Shown one piece after another: positions 32,640 through 45,615 of a stretch of DNA of 64,000 nucleotides. The DNA lies in assembly GCF_009914755.1 (NCBI RefSeq), contig NC_060925.1. One strand, given 5' to 3'. A program made the position numbers and the translations under genes. The stretch is from the human T2T-CHM13v2.0 reference genome, Homo sapiens. The stretch's first letter is position 1. The number at the start of each line of letters is the position of its first letter. Below the pieces are notes generated by a model that was given only the letters and a program-made list of their open reading frames with translations, had not been told where the DNA came from and searched no databases.

Positions 32640-33170
32640 AGGATTAAGTCCGGGCTGCTGCGCCCACCATTCAAAACCTGTTTCGGACGCTAGCCCTGCC
32701 CGCCTTTCTGAATGAGCCCAACCCAATGTCCATCCTGGACTGCTCCCCCACTTACCGGCTAACTCCTCGGGCTCGGTTCCCGCGGTGGCCCGAGCGGGCC
32801 GGCTCGCTGGTCGGCGGAGACGGGCTACCACCGGAGTGGTCCGGACGGCGGTGGGCGGGAGGTGCGACTTCTGGGCTGAGACGCTCCTGCTTCACCACCA
32901 CCCCCGCCGGCAGCACCACGTCCCCGTCCCGGTGTCTTCGCCGGCTCCCTCGCTCCCGTTCGCTCTTCACCGCCTTCATTCTGTGATTTTGGCTGGGCGA
33001 AAGAAAACAGATCAGTTGAGCTCCTCTAGCTGGAGGAAATGACGAGTTTAACTCCTGGACTTCCGCTTCCGGGGTGCCCAGGCTCCCAGAAATCCTCGCG
33101 GCAAAGGTTAAACACGTGACTACTCCCTAGTGGGTGTGGCCGCAGCGACAGGCTTGGGTGGCGGGAGTTT
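32640..33170 (-). promoter_or_regulatory. SNIP1: SNIP1 CpG-island promoter with tandem ETS/GABP sites, ZNF143-like site and E-box
   Basis: CpG-rich; CCGGAAGCGGAAGT (-) at 33059-33072; GCTCCCAGAAATCCTCGCG at 33082-33100; CACGTGAC at 33113-33120. Confidence 0.8.
32756..32979 (-). CDS. SNIP1: SNIP1 coding exon 1 (224 nt)
   Basis: MKAVKSERERGSRRRHRDGD... matches the SNIP1 N-terminus; lies in a CpG island; ends CG|GTAAGT. Confidence 0.97.
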
Positions 33171-33821
33171 CAAGTTTCAAAAACAAACTTCTGGCTGGGA
33201 GTGGTGGCTCACGCCTGTAATCCCAGAACTTTGGGAGGCCGAGGCTGACGGATCACTGAGGTCAGGAGTTAGAGAACAGCCTGGCCAACATGGCAAAACC
33301 CCGTCTCTACTAAAAATACAAAAATTAGCCGGGTGTGGTGGCGCGCACCTGCAATCCCAGTTACTCGGGAGGCTGAGGCAAATGAATCACTTGAACTGGA
33401 GGCGCAGGTTGCAGTGAGCAGGGATCTCACCACTGCACTCCAGCCTGGGCAACAGAGCGAGATGTCTCAAAAACAAACAACAACAAAAACTGGGAAAAAG
33501 CAAACCTCTCAAGGCTGTTTGTTGCCACATTATTAGTAATTACAAAACGTGGAAACAATGTAAATACCAGCAGTAGGGAAGTTAGCCAAATTAATGGGTG
33601 TTATGTGGCCATTAGTAAACCATTTACAAACTTTAAAAACCCTGACTTGTTAACGATAAAGCAGGATACAAAATTGTGTGCAAACTATAATTACATTTAC
33701 ATTTGGAAATAGAAGGGAGGAAGAAATGGAAATGCAATCAGAGATGATAACCCATGGGCAAATCATTAGCTTTTCAAATCATTAGCTTTTCCTCTTCTAT
33801 TTCCTGAACTTTCTGCAATGC

Positions 33822-34627
33822 TGTTGGGGCTCAGAAACCAAAACCCCAAAATACGGCTCACTGACAAGCTGAACTGAAGAAGCCTCAATGTTCCTTTCCA
33901 GTGCCCATCATCTCTCCCAAAGCACAGGTCTTTATCTGCCTAAGATCCAGACTACCAAAAGGAATAATTGTTTCTTTCTTCTCCACCCAAGAATGTAATC
34001 ACACCTGACCAGAGACCCTTATACTGTCAAAAGTAGCTATTTACAGCCGAGCACGGTGGCTGCAGCCTGTAATTCCGGCGCTTTGGGAGGCCAAGGCAGG
34101 AAAATCGCTTGAAGCCAGGAGTTTGAGACCAAACTGCCTAACATAGCAAGACTGTCTCTACAAAAAAATTAAATTTGGCAGGGGCTAGTGGCTCGTGCCT
34201 GTGGTCCCAGCAGAGACAGGAGGATCGCTTGAGCCCAGGAGTTGGAGGCTGCAGTGAGCCGTGATGGCACCACTGCACTCCAGCCAGGGCTACAGAGTGA
34301 GACCCTGTCTTCAAAAAAACCAAACCAAAATAAAAAAAAAAAACACAAAAAACTATTTACAAATTTATCTCTGTTCCCTTATTCATTCATTCTGCCTAGT
34401 AATCCCTGAACAGAATTCCTCCTTCTCCCACCCTCACAAACCTGTTTTACCAGGAGGGTATATAAGCTTCTGAACTCTTTTCGGGGTGGGTAATCATACT
34501 GTGATTCTCCCCGTGTATACATTTTAAATACATTTGTATGCCTTTTCTCCAATTAATCTGCCTTTTGTGAATTGATTTTTGAGCGAATCTTCAGGGGGCA
34601 AAGGGGAGGTTTCCCATTGGCTCCTAC
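33822..34627 (+). mobile_element. MER34/MER39-family ERV1 solo LTR with nested Alu
   Basis: TGTTGGGGCTCAGAAACCAAAACCCCAAAATA start; ...GGGCAAAGGGGAGGTTTCCCATTGGCTCCTAC end. Confidence 0.7.
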
Positions 34628-34682
34628 TTTGTCATTTCTCCATTTAATTAGAAAAATACTTCAGGCTGGGCGCGGTGGCTCA

Positions 34683-35328
<646 letters not shown>

Positions 35329-35609
35329 CCTTCAAAAAACCTAGGAACTCCAGATGACTTCCTTTGGGAATTGTCCCTTAACCCTTCATGAGAAGTCAGG
35401 AGATGACTCCTGTTTTTCAGGTGACAAAATTGGAGCATGGCAAAGGTGATCTGCCCACTTCAAATCGCTAGCTAGACGGAGCATAGGGACTCGAACTGCC
35501 GTTTTCCTCGCCTCCAAGAGTACAGGGACGAACCGGTGAGCAGAAGGCCTAAGAAGTCAGGCACAAGAGGTTTCTGCCCAGGAGGCACAGAATGAAACTT
35601 GCCGGCTGT

Positions 35610-35745
35610 TGGCCCCGCCCCACTTCGAAGCTCCGCCCAGGCCAAGAAGCGCGGGGGCGGGAGTGAGGGGGCGGTTTCCATGGTGACGGCAAACAAGGCC
35701 CACACTGGACAGGGCAGCTGCTGGGTTGCTACTCTCGCCTCCGCC
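35610..35745 (+). promoter_or_regulatory. DNALI1: DNALI1 promoter: GC boxes, RFX X-box, forkhead motif
   Basis: CCCCGCCCC and GGGGCGG boxes; GTTTCCATGGTGAC at 35674-35687; GCAAACA at 35689-35695. Confidence 0.75.
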
Positions 35746-35826
35746 ATGATTCCGCCCGCAGACTCTTTGCTCAAGTACGACACCCCAGTGCTGGTGAGCC
35801 GGAACACGGAGAAACGGAGCCCCAAG
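35746..35826 (+). CDS. DNALI1: DNALI1 coding exon 1 (81 nt from the Kozak ATG; an in-frame upstream ATG at 35680 adds 22 aa)
   Basis: ccgccATG; MIPPADSLLKYDTPVLVSRNTEKRSPK|GTAAAG; axonemal dynein light intermediate chain (p28 homologue). Confidence 0.96.
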
Positions 35827-36353
35827 GTAAAGACGGGGGCTCGGGAGACAAAGGAGCCTCGAAACTCCGATAGGGAAAGACACATTCCCGCATGGAGGGT
35901 CAGGAATCTCAAGGGACGGGGATTGCAGCGACTGGGAGTAAAGGGAATTGGGAAGTCAGAGAAGGAGGGTGAGAGGATTGTATAGGAAGCCCAGATGTTG
36001 GGTGTGACCCCAGAGGGCAGATTTAGGATGGGGAAGGAGGTCACAGGGAGATGGATGGGGCTCACTCTTCTTAATGGTACGCGGGTCCAAGAACAGATGA
36101 CTAGGTAGTGATTTCCCCATCACCAGAGGTGTGAAAGCACATGCGCCAGAAACACCTGTTCAAGCATTGAGTTGGGGCCAGACTTCATGGCCTCCTTCAG
36201 CTCTGTGACATAATTTCTGCTGAGAAGACCGACCCAAAGTAGGCTAGGAAGAGGGGAGGGCTGTGCAGAAGACCTGGAGCAATATACAGGTTGGGGATGT
36301 GTGGAGCTGAGCTCCTGAACAATTTCCTGCCCTCACCTGTGCCTTCATCTCAG

Positions 36354-36499
36354 GCTCGGCTACTGAAAGTCAGCCCCCAGCAGCCTGGACCTTCAGGTTC
36401 AGCCCCACAGCCACCCAAGACCAAGCTCCCCTCAACTCCCTGTGTCCCAGATCCTACAAAGCAGGTAGAAGAAATCTTGAATGCCATACTACCCCCAAG
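36354..36499 (+). CDS. DNALI1: DNALI1 exon 2 (146 nt)
   Basis: ctcag|GCT CGG... ARLLKVSPQQ...EEILNAILPP AG|GTAAGA. Confidence 0.96.
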
Positions 36500-36659
36500 G
36501 TAAGAAAGTAGGAGCAGTGGCTGGGAGAAGGCCTAAGCTTTTACATCGTGGATTTTGGGAGTGTGGGGGGAGGCACTCTGCCTCTGTTCCTGGCTGGGGT
36601 TTCCTCCCAGTATCACAGAGCTCCTAGAACTTACATATGGCTGGATCCTGGCAGGGTGG

Positions 36660-37500
36660 TGGGAGACCTCTTCTCAATCTACCCTCATTTCCTGCATGCT
36701 GTCACCCAATCTCATGGCTTTAGATACCACCTATGTGCTGATGGCTCCCAAATGTGTATTTCCAGCCCTGTCTTCTCCACTAAACTCCAGGACCATATAG
36801 TCTTCTGCTTCCTCATTATCTTCATGAAGATATCTAATAGACATCTCAAACTCAATATATTCAAACTAAATCACAATTTCTTCCTTCCCCAATCTGCTCA
36901 TCCCCCGTATTCTCCTTTTTACTAGGGACTCAAACCACCTTTCATTCCTTTTGATCACTCTCACAGCATGTGTCCTATCCTTCGTCACATTCTTTTGGCT
37001 CCACCTTCAAATTCTTTCCCAAATCCAACCACTTTTCACCACCTCTGCTTCCACCATCTTGCTCCTAGTCACTGGTGGCCACTCGCACTGCTGCAGTGGC
37101 CTCCTATCTGAAAACACTGCTTCCACTCTGCTCCTAGAATCTATCCTCCATACAGCCCCTAAGTCATAAGTCAGATCATGCCAGTCTCTGCCAGAAACTC
37201 TTTTGTGGCTTCCCATCTCAGACTAAAATCAAAAATCCTTACAATGGCCTGGAAGATGTGGCATGATCTGGCCTACGATGTATCCCTGACCTTATCTCCT
37301 GTTATTCTGTTTCTTGTTCACTGTGCTGAATCCACAGGGACCTCACTTGCTATTTCTGAAATGCCTCATTCACTCTCCTACCACAGGGCCCTGACAGCTG
37401 GTGTTTTCACTGCCAAAGATGTTCTCCCCTTGATATTCTCCTGGTTCCTTTCATTTCTTCCAGGCCTTCCTTGAGAATTTGCTATAGCAGAGCACCCCTG
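36660..37500 (+). repeat. L2 LINE remnant (similar remnants near 25480-25890 and 31640-32310)
   Basis: CATGGCTTTAGATACCACCTATGTGCTGATGGCTCCCAAATG and CATCTCAAACTCAA, typical of L2 3' region. Confidence 0.65.
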
Positions 37501-38077
37501 CCCAACATGATCTCCTTTTCTTGCTTTTTTCTTCTGCAGCCACATTGATAAAAGGACATGCCTTTTCATCTATTTTTATGTAATAAGTTGACAGCACAGT
37601 TGGTAAGGCTATGAGGAAAAGGGAAATGGGGGCCTACGCAGGCACACACCTTCATGAACCTCTCCACCCCGATACACACATCTGCCTCTTTCTGGCTCGC
37701 ACAAGGTTCATGATGTCCTGTGTTTCCCACCCCGTAAGTTGGTGGGTAGTTCCTACTGTTCACATCAAGCAACAACCATAAATCGGTCTTCAGCATGTTA
37801 GGAGGGTAAGATCTGGAACAGTGGGGAATGATTTCACAGAGGCCCGTTGCCAAGGTGGAAATTGTCTACCACCTACCCATTCCCAAGATCCCTGTGGAGG
37901 CAGCATAGTGGGTGTGGCTTTGGAGCCTCACACCCCAAGGGATGGAGGATTCTGGTGGGTTGGTGGCAAAGCTGCCCCTCACCACTACTCAGGCAGAGGG
38001 CTCAAAGGGCCCTCTGCTCATGTGCTAGGGACCTTCAAGTCAACGGGTTTTGCTCAGCCTCGCTGTGTCTGCCACAG

Positions 38078-38247
38078 GGAGTGGGTGGAAGACACGCAGC
38101 TATGGATCCAGCAGGTGTCCAGCACCCCTAGCACCAGGATGGACGTGGTGCACCTCCAGGAGCAGTTAGACTTAAAGCTGCAGCAGCGGCAGGCCAGGGA
38201 AACAGGCATCTGCCCTGTCCGCAGGGAACTCTACTCACAGTGTTTTG
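38078..38247 (+). CDS. DNALI1: DNALI1 exon 3 (170 nt)
   Basis: cacag|G GAG TGG... EWVEDTQLWIQQVSS...ARETGICPVRRELYSQCF G|GTGAGT. Confidence 0.96.
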
Positions 38248-38425
38248 GTGAGTGAGCCAGGTGAGGGGTGGGCACTACACACCCTACTGCTCCCTTCCCT
38301 TCACCTTCAGCACAGATCCAAGCCTGAGCACCTTGGAGCTGGAGCCCATCTCATGCTGGAATCCCCTCTTCTCCCCCTGCCTGACCCACCCAGCAACAGC
38401 TAACTGCCCCCTTCCCCTTCCCAGC

Positions 38426-39415
38426 TGAAGGGGGCCAGCCCCTCCACACCTGTGGGTATTTCTCCTCAGGCAGGAGGAGAGACTAAGAAAAGAAATAAGA
38501 CACAGACAAAGTATAGAGAAAGAAAGGTGGGCCCAGGGGACCGGCACTCAGCATACAGAGGACCCGCACCGGCACTGGTCTCTGAGTTTCCTCAGTATTT
38601 ATTGATTACTATTTTCACTATCTCAGCAAGAGGAATGTGGCAGGAGAGCAGGGTGATAGTGGGGAGAAGATCAGCAAGAAAACACGTGAGCAAAGGAATC
38701 TGTGTCACGAATAAGTTCAAGGGAAGGTACTATGCCTGGATGTGCACGTAGGCCGGATTTATGCTTCTCTCTACCCAGACATCTCAGTGGAGTAAAGAGT
38801 AACAGAGCAGCATTGCTGCCAACATGTCTCGCCTCCCGCCACAGGGCGTTTTTTCTCCTATCTCAGAACAAACGTACAATCAGGTTTTATACTGAGACAT
38901 TCAGTTCCCAGGGGCAGGCAGAAGACAGAGGCCTTTCTCTTATCTCAACGGCAAGGGGCCTTCCTCTTTTACTAATCCTCCTCAGCACAGACCCTTCACG
39001 GGTGTCAGGCTGAGGGACGGTCAGGTCTTTCCCATCCCACCAGGCCATATTTCAGGCTATCACGTGGGGAGAAACCTTGGACAATACCTGGCTTTCCAGG
39101 GCAGAGATCCCTGCGGCTTTCTGCAGTGCATTGTGCCCCTGGTTTATCGAGAATGGAGAATGGCGATGACTTTTACCAAGCATGCTGCCTGTAAACATTT
39201 TGTTAACAAGGCACATCCTGCACAGCCGTAGATCCCTTAAACCTTGATTCCATACATCACATGTTTCTGTGAGCTCAAGGTTGGGGCAAAGTTACAGATT
39301 AACGGCATCTTAGGGCAAAGCAATTGTTCAGGGTACAGGTCAAAATGGAGTTTCTTGTGTCTTTCTTTTCAACGTAGACACAGTAACAGTCTGATCTCTC
39401 CTTCTTTTCCCTACA
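38426..39415 (-). mobile_element. HERV-K(HML-2) solo LTR (LTR5B-like), 990 bp, in DNALI1 intron 3
   Basis: Minus strand starts TGTAGGGAAAAGAAGGAGAGATCAGACTGTTACTGTGTC and ends CCCCTTCA; TATAAAA 38885-38891; AATAAA 38598-38603; CCAGC TSD at 38421-38425 and 39416-39420. Confidence 0.92.
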
Positions 39416-40307
39416 CCAGCCCCGCCTCTTCTACAAGTCCTCCAGCTGCCAACCACTATATTCTTGGCAACTTGAGTTCCTCACCCCTTAGCAGATGTTT
39501 GGAGTAAAACGATAACTTCCATCTGTTTTTTCAAAGATTTTCTATAATAAGCATGTGCTAATTTTTTAGTCAGAAAGATTAATGTTCAGTATTTACATCC
39601 ATCCATCCATCCATCAATATTTGGCCCTTGGTCCAGAAAAATATTGTGATTTGTTGTTAACCCACAGACACGAGAGATTTAAGATGCACCTCCTTGAGTG
39701 CTGGTGTCAAATGGCTGTCTCCCAGCCCAGTCTCATTGGCTCTTATGGACGCCGATCTGCAAACCACCTCCAAACCCTCAGGCAGCTGCAGGGTCTAGCA
39801 GGCTTCCCTATCCGTGTGTTATTATGGTTTGCCCTCCAGGTCAGCATTTATGGGGAGATAGATGGGCAAGCTCTAGACCCTGCCATTTCCCTCAAACCAG
39901 TGCAGCCAAGGGGGCACACAGGATGTCCCAGCTGCTTTAAAACAGCTGCCATCTTTAAACAGAAAAAGTCAGGTTTTTTCGAGTAGTAACCAGTTTTTAC
40001 CTAAGGCAGGAAGGGAGGGGACCCAGTGCTGTAAACAAACCAGAGCCTCTTGTCTCCTTTGCTCTGGCCAACCCAGTCTTGCTGACTGTGCTACTCACAA
40101 GTGCCAAGTTCAGAGGAGTGACTGCATGGCAAGGCTCTTTGGGCCACTGAAGGCACCCTCCCTGAGGCCCTTCTCTGAGGCCTTGCACTTTGTCTCCAAG
40201 CGAGAACACCCTAATGTCCTTCCCAAGAGGAAGGGTGTTTGCAGTAGACATACTGCAAGCCCCCTCCCCACGCCCTGTCTGATCTCATGGTGTGTGTGCA
40301 TTGGAAG

Positions 40308-40486
40308 ATGAGTTGATCCGGGAGGTCACCATCAACTGTGCGGAGAGGGGGCTGCTGCTGCTGCGAGTCCGGGACGAGATCCGCATGACCATCGCTGCCT
40401 ACCAGACCCTGTACGAGAGCAGCGTGGCGTTTGGCATGAGGAAGGCACTGCAGGCTGAGCAGGGGAAGTCAGACATGGAGAGGAAA
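40308..40486 (+). CDS. DNALI1: DNALI1 exon 4 (179 nt)
   Basis: ggaag|AT GAG TTG... DELIREVTINCAERGLLLLRVRDE...DMERK|GTGAGT. Confidence 0.94.
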
Positions 40487-40831
40487 GTGAGTGGGGTTTA
40501 CCGTGACCCTTGGTCCCATCTCTTCTGTAAACCTCAGGGCCACATGCTTATCATTCCAGCACTACATTCTGACCTCCTAAGGTGCTCTGCTGACAGTCAC
40601 GACACCTGGACTTGCATCACCTCAGTGAGGGACCCCTGGTTGAGTATGATGGCCAGCCTGGTGGTCTTGGCAGAGTTGTTTCCGCTGTAGACGCTCCATG
40701 CCAGGCACTGACCTCCCACTGGGTGGCAGTATATACCCTGGCAATGTCATGTCCCATGTCCCTTCCACCCAGGCTCACACCATTCCATTCACCTGGCGAC
40801 ATCCCAGGATGACTGGGCATTCTCTCCTCAG

Positions 40832-40996
40832 ATCGCAGAATTGGAGACGGAAAAGAGAGACCTGGAGAGGCAAGTGAACGAGCAGAAGGCAAAATGTGAA
40901 GCCACTGAGAAGCGGGAGAGCGAGAGGCGGCAGGTGGAGGAGAAGAAGCACAATGAGGAGATTCAGTTCCTGAAGCGAACAAATCAGCAGCTGAAG
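40832..40996 (+). CDS. DNALI1: DNALI1 exon 5 (165 nt), coiled coil
   Basis: ctcag|ATC GCA GAA... IAELETEKRDLE...RTNQQLK|GTAATC. Confidence 0.96.
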
Positions 40997-41634
40997 GTAA
41001 TCAACGCGCAGGGTGGGGTGGAGGTGCCCCCTGCCCTGCGACCCAGCCCCACAGGCCAGGCATTCGGTTCCTTTTCCATGGCTTTTAAATGTTTGTCCAC
41101 ATGCACTGCCAAAGGATAAAGGAAGCTGACTTTGGTGGTGGGAGAAGGGGAGGGCTCCAGAGGGGGTCTCTACTCTCAACTCCAAATCTCTGAGGCGCCT
41201 CAGCCTGGCTCTCCAGTGGAGGATTCTTCTCCCTGGAAAAAAGTTGCCCATCCTCAAGGAAGAGGTGGATATGGCAAAAAGTGGAACTCCATTCCCCTGG
41301 AAGCTGGTATGTTGGAGCCTTTCTGGAGGGGGCTGGGCTCCAGGTGGCTTGCGTGGTAGTGCCATCCCATGGCTGTCTCCTCTGAGGCCCTGTTTCAGGG
41401 CATAACCAGGGAAGAAGTCAAAGGGCAGCAGGGCCCTTTGAGAGGAAGAACCATTTCAAATCAGAAACCTTCCCCAGAAATGTGGTCGGGGAACCCAGGC
41501 ACAGGTGCTCTTCCTCGAAGTCCGATGCCAGCAGTGGTCTTTTATCCAGCTGAGGTGATAGGAGGGAGGGGGCTGGTGGACAAAGCTGGGCAGGAGGCCA
41601 TGCTACAGGCACTGCAACTCCCAGCTGTTTGGTC

Positions 41635-41809
41635 CAAAGGTCTCAAAAGGTAGGCCCTAGATCAACATCGTCCTCACCTGGCAAAGCAAGACAAATTATT
41701 GGGCCCACCCCAGATCTACCAAATCAGAAAATTCGGGGTTGGGGTCCAGCAATGTGCTTTAACAAGGTCTCAGGTGATTCTAATGTTTGCAGAAGTTTGA
41801 GCATCACTG
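41635..41809. mobile_element. MER5A-like hAT element
   Basis: GGGCCCACCCCAGATCTACCAAATCAGAA...TTTAACAAG...CAGGTGATTCT...AAGTTTGAGCATCACTG. Confidence 0.7.
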
Positions 41810-42228
41810 TTCTGGAAAGATGGCCTACTGACATTTAGTGGCCTTCTCCCATGGCCCTGGCCAAAGGACCCTGGATGGATCTCCCTCTCCTCCCTAGGCT
41901 CAGATAGAAACCTTACAATCTTGACATTGCAGGCTTGTTTGGTCTACACACCAGCAGGACTGGCCATTTGCGATAAAGAAGGCTTTCTGTTAACCACTAC
42001 TGGAACTTTTCTTGTTGCACAAAGAAAAGCAAGAAACTTTCACAGCCAGAGATGAATCTGTTTCCTTAGCAGCCTCTGAGGCTGCTTTCCTTAACTGCCA
42101 TATTCCTTTTTCATAAGCCTGAGTTCCTCAGTTCTTCCTGGATTAGCAACAAGAGCAAACCAAATACCTTAGCATGTTTCTAACATTTAAAAGCAATCTT
42201 GTAATCTCCAGGGTGAAAGATTCTTTAG

Positions 42229-42369
<141 letters not shown>

Positions 42370-42632
42370 TAGCTGGGATTACAGGCATATGCCAGCACGC
42401 CCGGCAAATTTCTGTATTTTGAATAGAGATGGGGTTTCACCATGTTGGCCAGGCTGGTCATGAACTCCTGACCTCACATGATCTGCCCACCTTGGCCTCC
42501 CAAAGTGCTGGAATTACAGGCTTGTAATACAGGAAGTGAGCTATTTTTATTGGCTCAAAACTGCATTGCAAATAAAGCAGCTTTGCTGTCCCCAGGATAG
42601 ACCTACCTAAAGATCTGTCCAGTATTATTTTA

Positions 42633-43039
<407 letters not shown>

Positions 43040-43043
43040 CTAA

Positions 43044-43446
<403 letters not shown>

Positions 43447-43776
43447 TAACTTAGCAGACATATTCTGGCCTGAAACCTGAGCCATGAAAAGCCCTTACAA
43501 CAATGCATTCAATATCCTTTTCAATGCTTTATATCATACCCGGAGCCATTATTGTGTTGAAACCAGGACAGCTCTGGCTTCTCCTCATATACTAAAGACT
43601 GTATGCCAAGCTAGAAACTAGCTAATCTAGAAAATATGGATTTGGGGATCAAGGGGAAAAAGAACCCTTGGAGTGACAGCATGTGGATTCTTCTTCCCAG
43701 AGATTTGATCACCTCTCAGCTATTTGTATCAGGCTGCAAGTTTCAAGTATTAATGGAGCTTGTTTTTGTTTTTCAG

Positions 43777-43812
43777 GCCCAACTGGAAGGCATTATTGCA
43801 CCAAAGAAGTGA
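43777..43812 (+). CDS. DNALI1: DNALI1 exon 6 coding part (36 nt)
   Basis: tttcag|GCC CAA CTG GAA GGC ATT ATT GCA CCA AAG AAG TGA; total 777 nt = 258 aa + stop. Confidence 0.95.
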   Translation, partial: AQLEGIIAPKK

Positions 43813-45615
43813 TAATTTCCACATGATTAATTTCCAACAAGACACTTGGGAGTTATTTACTGTGTTCCTCTGGCAGCCAATAAAATCATCATAAGCCCTT
43901 TGTAATAAAAAGCTAGTTTCCTGAGTGAACAAGCCATAACCTCCCCTAAACACCACCTAGGTATTTGTTAGAAGTCACACTATTACTCCAATGTCATCAG
44001 ACACCTAAGGTCTGCCAGCCAGGCTCCTGGCTGGGCAATGGAAGATGGTGTGGCCCTGTTAGTCTCCGTGTGTGGCTTACTAGCCAGCCTTGGGAACTGC
44101 CAACTCAAATTCTAAGAAAGCCACTGCTTTCTCATCATCACTCTATACCAATACTTATTTCTGGCCAAATGAATCTGCTTCTCTGCCCCTCAAACTTTTA
44201 GTTCACAATTCATCTTCTACCTTAACTTGGGCTTCTTGGGCCTCTGGCCTTCCTTACTTAATGTCTTCTTTTCCCTACTCTAATGCATTTCTAACTCACT
44301 TTGGAGCTTTGGTTTTCTAATGTATTATCCCCACTTGCCAGTCAACTGGACCCCTTCCTCCTCGGTTTCAGACTGCCTACATTAGGAAACAATGGCAGTC
44401 AAACCCATGGCTTTGGAGAAAGTAAATGTTTGCCAGAAAGGAATACTAGTCACAGTGGCCTTTGTGAGTTGTCTGCAACTCAGCTCTTCCCCCAGCACAG
44501 ATCTGTTCCCCTTATCCTGCAGAAAATCAAGCCCTGACTCTGCACTCCCCGAAGTAGTGATGTTAATTAACAACTGAAGAGGTAACTAAATCTCACATGC
44601 AGGTCTAATGACTAATAATTGGAGTACGGCTGCTAGACAACTGCATTTTAGTATTTCTCTTCCATTCTCCTGGTTTTGTAGACCCAGAAGATTGAATGAG
44701 TGACATAAATCTTTAGTTCGGGGCAAGCCAGGGTGGGCTAGGGTGGTAAGCTGGAGGACTTCATCCTTCAGTTAGGCTGCACAAGTAACATTACCTAAAA
44801 GGCACTAACATGCTCAGGTTCCCCAGAAAGAGGCGTAAGAAGGGCCTCTCCTTAGCAGAGCTTCCACCTGCCATCCGTCTTGGGTTCAGTGAGCTTCAAG
44901 GCTCACAATGGAAGCACTGTCATTTCCCCAGAAAAGCTGTGTTCCCTATGCTGAACACACCATACACATTCTCATCTGGAATCTAAGGAGCAGCTTTTAC
45001 CCTGATCCAGTATCCTGAGGAATTTTAAGCCTCCACTCAAATGACCTGCCTGTGTTGTCATTTCCATGGGAAAGAACTCTTTCCACGAGATCTGCTAGTT
45101 CCAGGCCTCTAAGACAGGAACGTATGTGCCATAAGTGGGTCTACTTCACAGACTCAATGAGGCAGAAATTATTGTAGTTTTCTCCTATTTCTTCTGCACC
45201 CAACTTTCTCCTTGTATTTCAAAGGCCAGGCCATGTACACTAACGTCCTTGAAATTTGCAGTTCTGTATGCTTCTATTCCAAATCATTCATTACCAATAA
45301 AAACGAAATACCACCCTTTCCATTTTATAGACCTCATCCCCTATTTCTGTCAGACAGTTATATGACAGGGTGACTGTGGAACCTCTTAGTTCATCCAAAG
45401 TCTACCTGAAGTGCTAGACTTTCAGACTCTTATCACTGAAATCTTTAAGGTTGAGGAGGCTTTATTTCCCTAGCACTGGTGAAGGGCTTCAACTGTCAAA
45501 CCTCAGAACAAATGCATTAGGGCCTTAGAAATGTCAATGGGGCAGGAAGAAAACACAATTTCTAACTGCCTGTTTTTGTATAATTTAATAAAAACCTTTT
45601 AAACATTACTGCTTT
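43813..45615 (+). other. DNALI1: DNALI1 3'UTR with several poly(A) signals
   Basis: AATAAA at 43879-43884, 43904-43909, 45296-45301 and 45587-45592. Confidence 0.7.
45584..45592. terminator. Overlapping poly(A) signals: AATAAA (+, DNALI1) and ATTAAA (-, GNL2)
   Basis: TTTAATAAA: 45587-45592 reads AATAAA on +; 45584-45589 reads ATTAAA on -, 16 nt after the GNL2 stop. Confidence 0.75.

Noticed and set aside
35472-36065. 197-aa antisense ORF across the DNALI1 promoter and exon 1
   Set aside because: GC-rich stop-poor region; no recognisable domain or poly(A) support
40775-41365. 196-aa antisense ORF over DNALI1 exon 5
   Set aside because: Leu-rich mirror of the Glu/Lys coiled-coil codons
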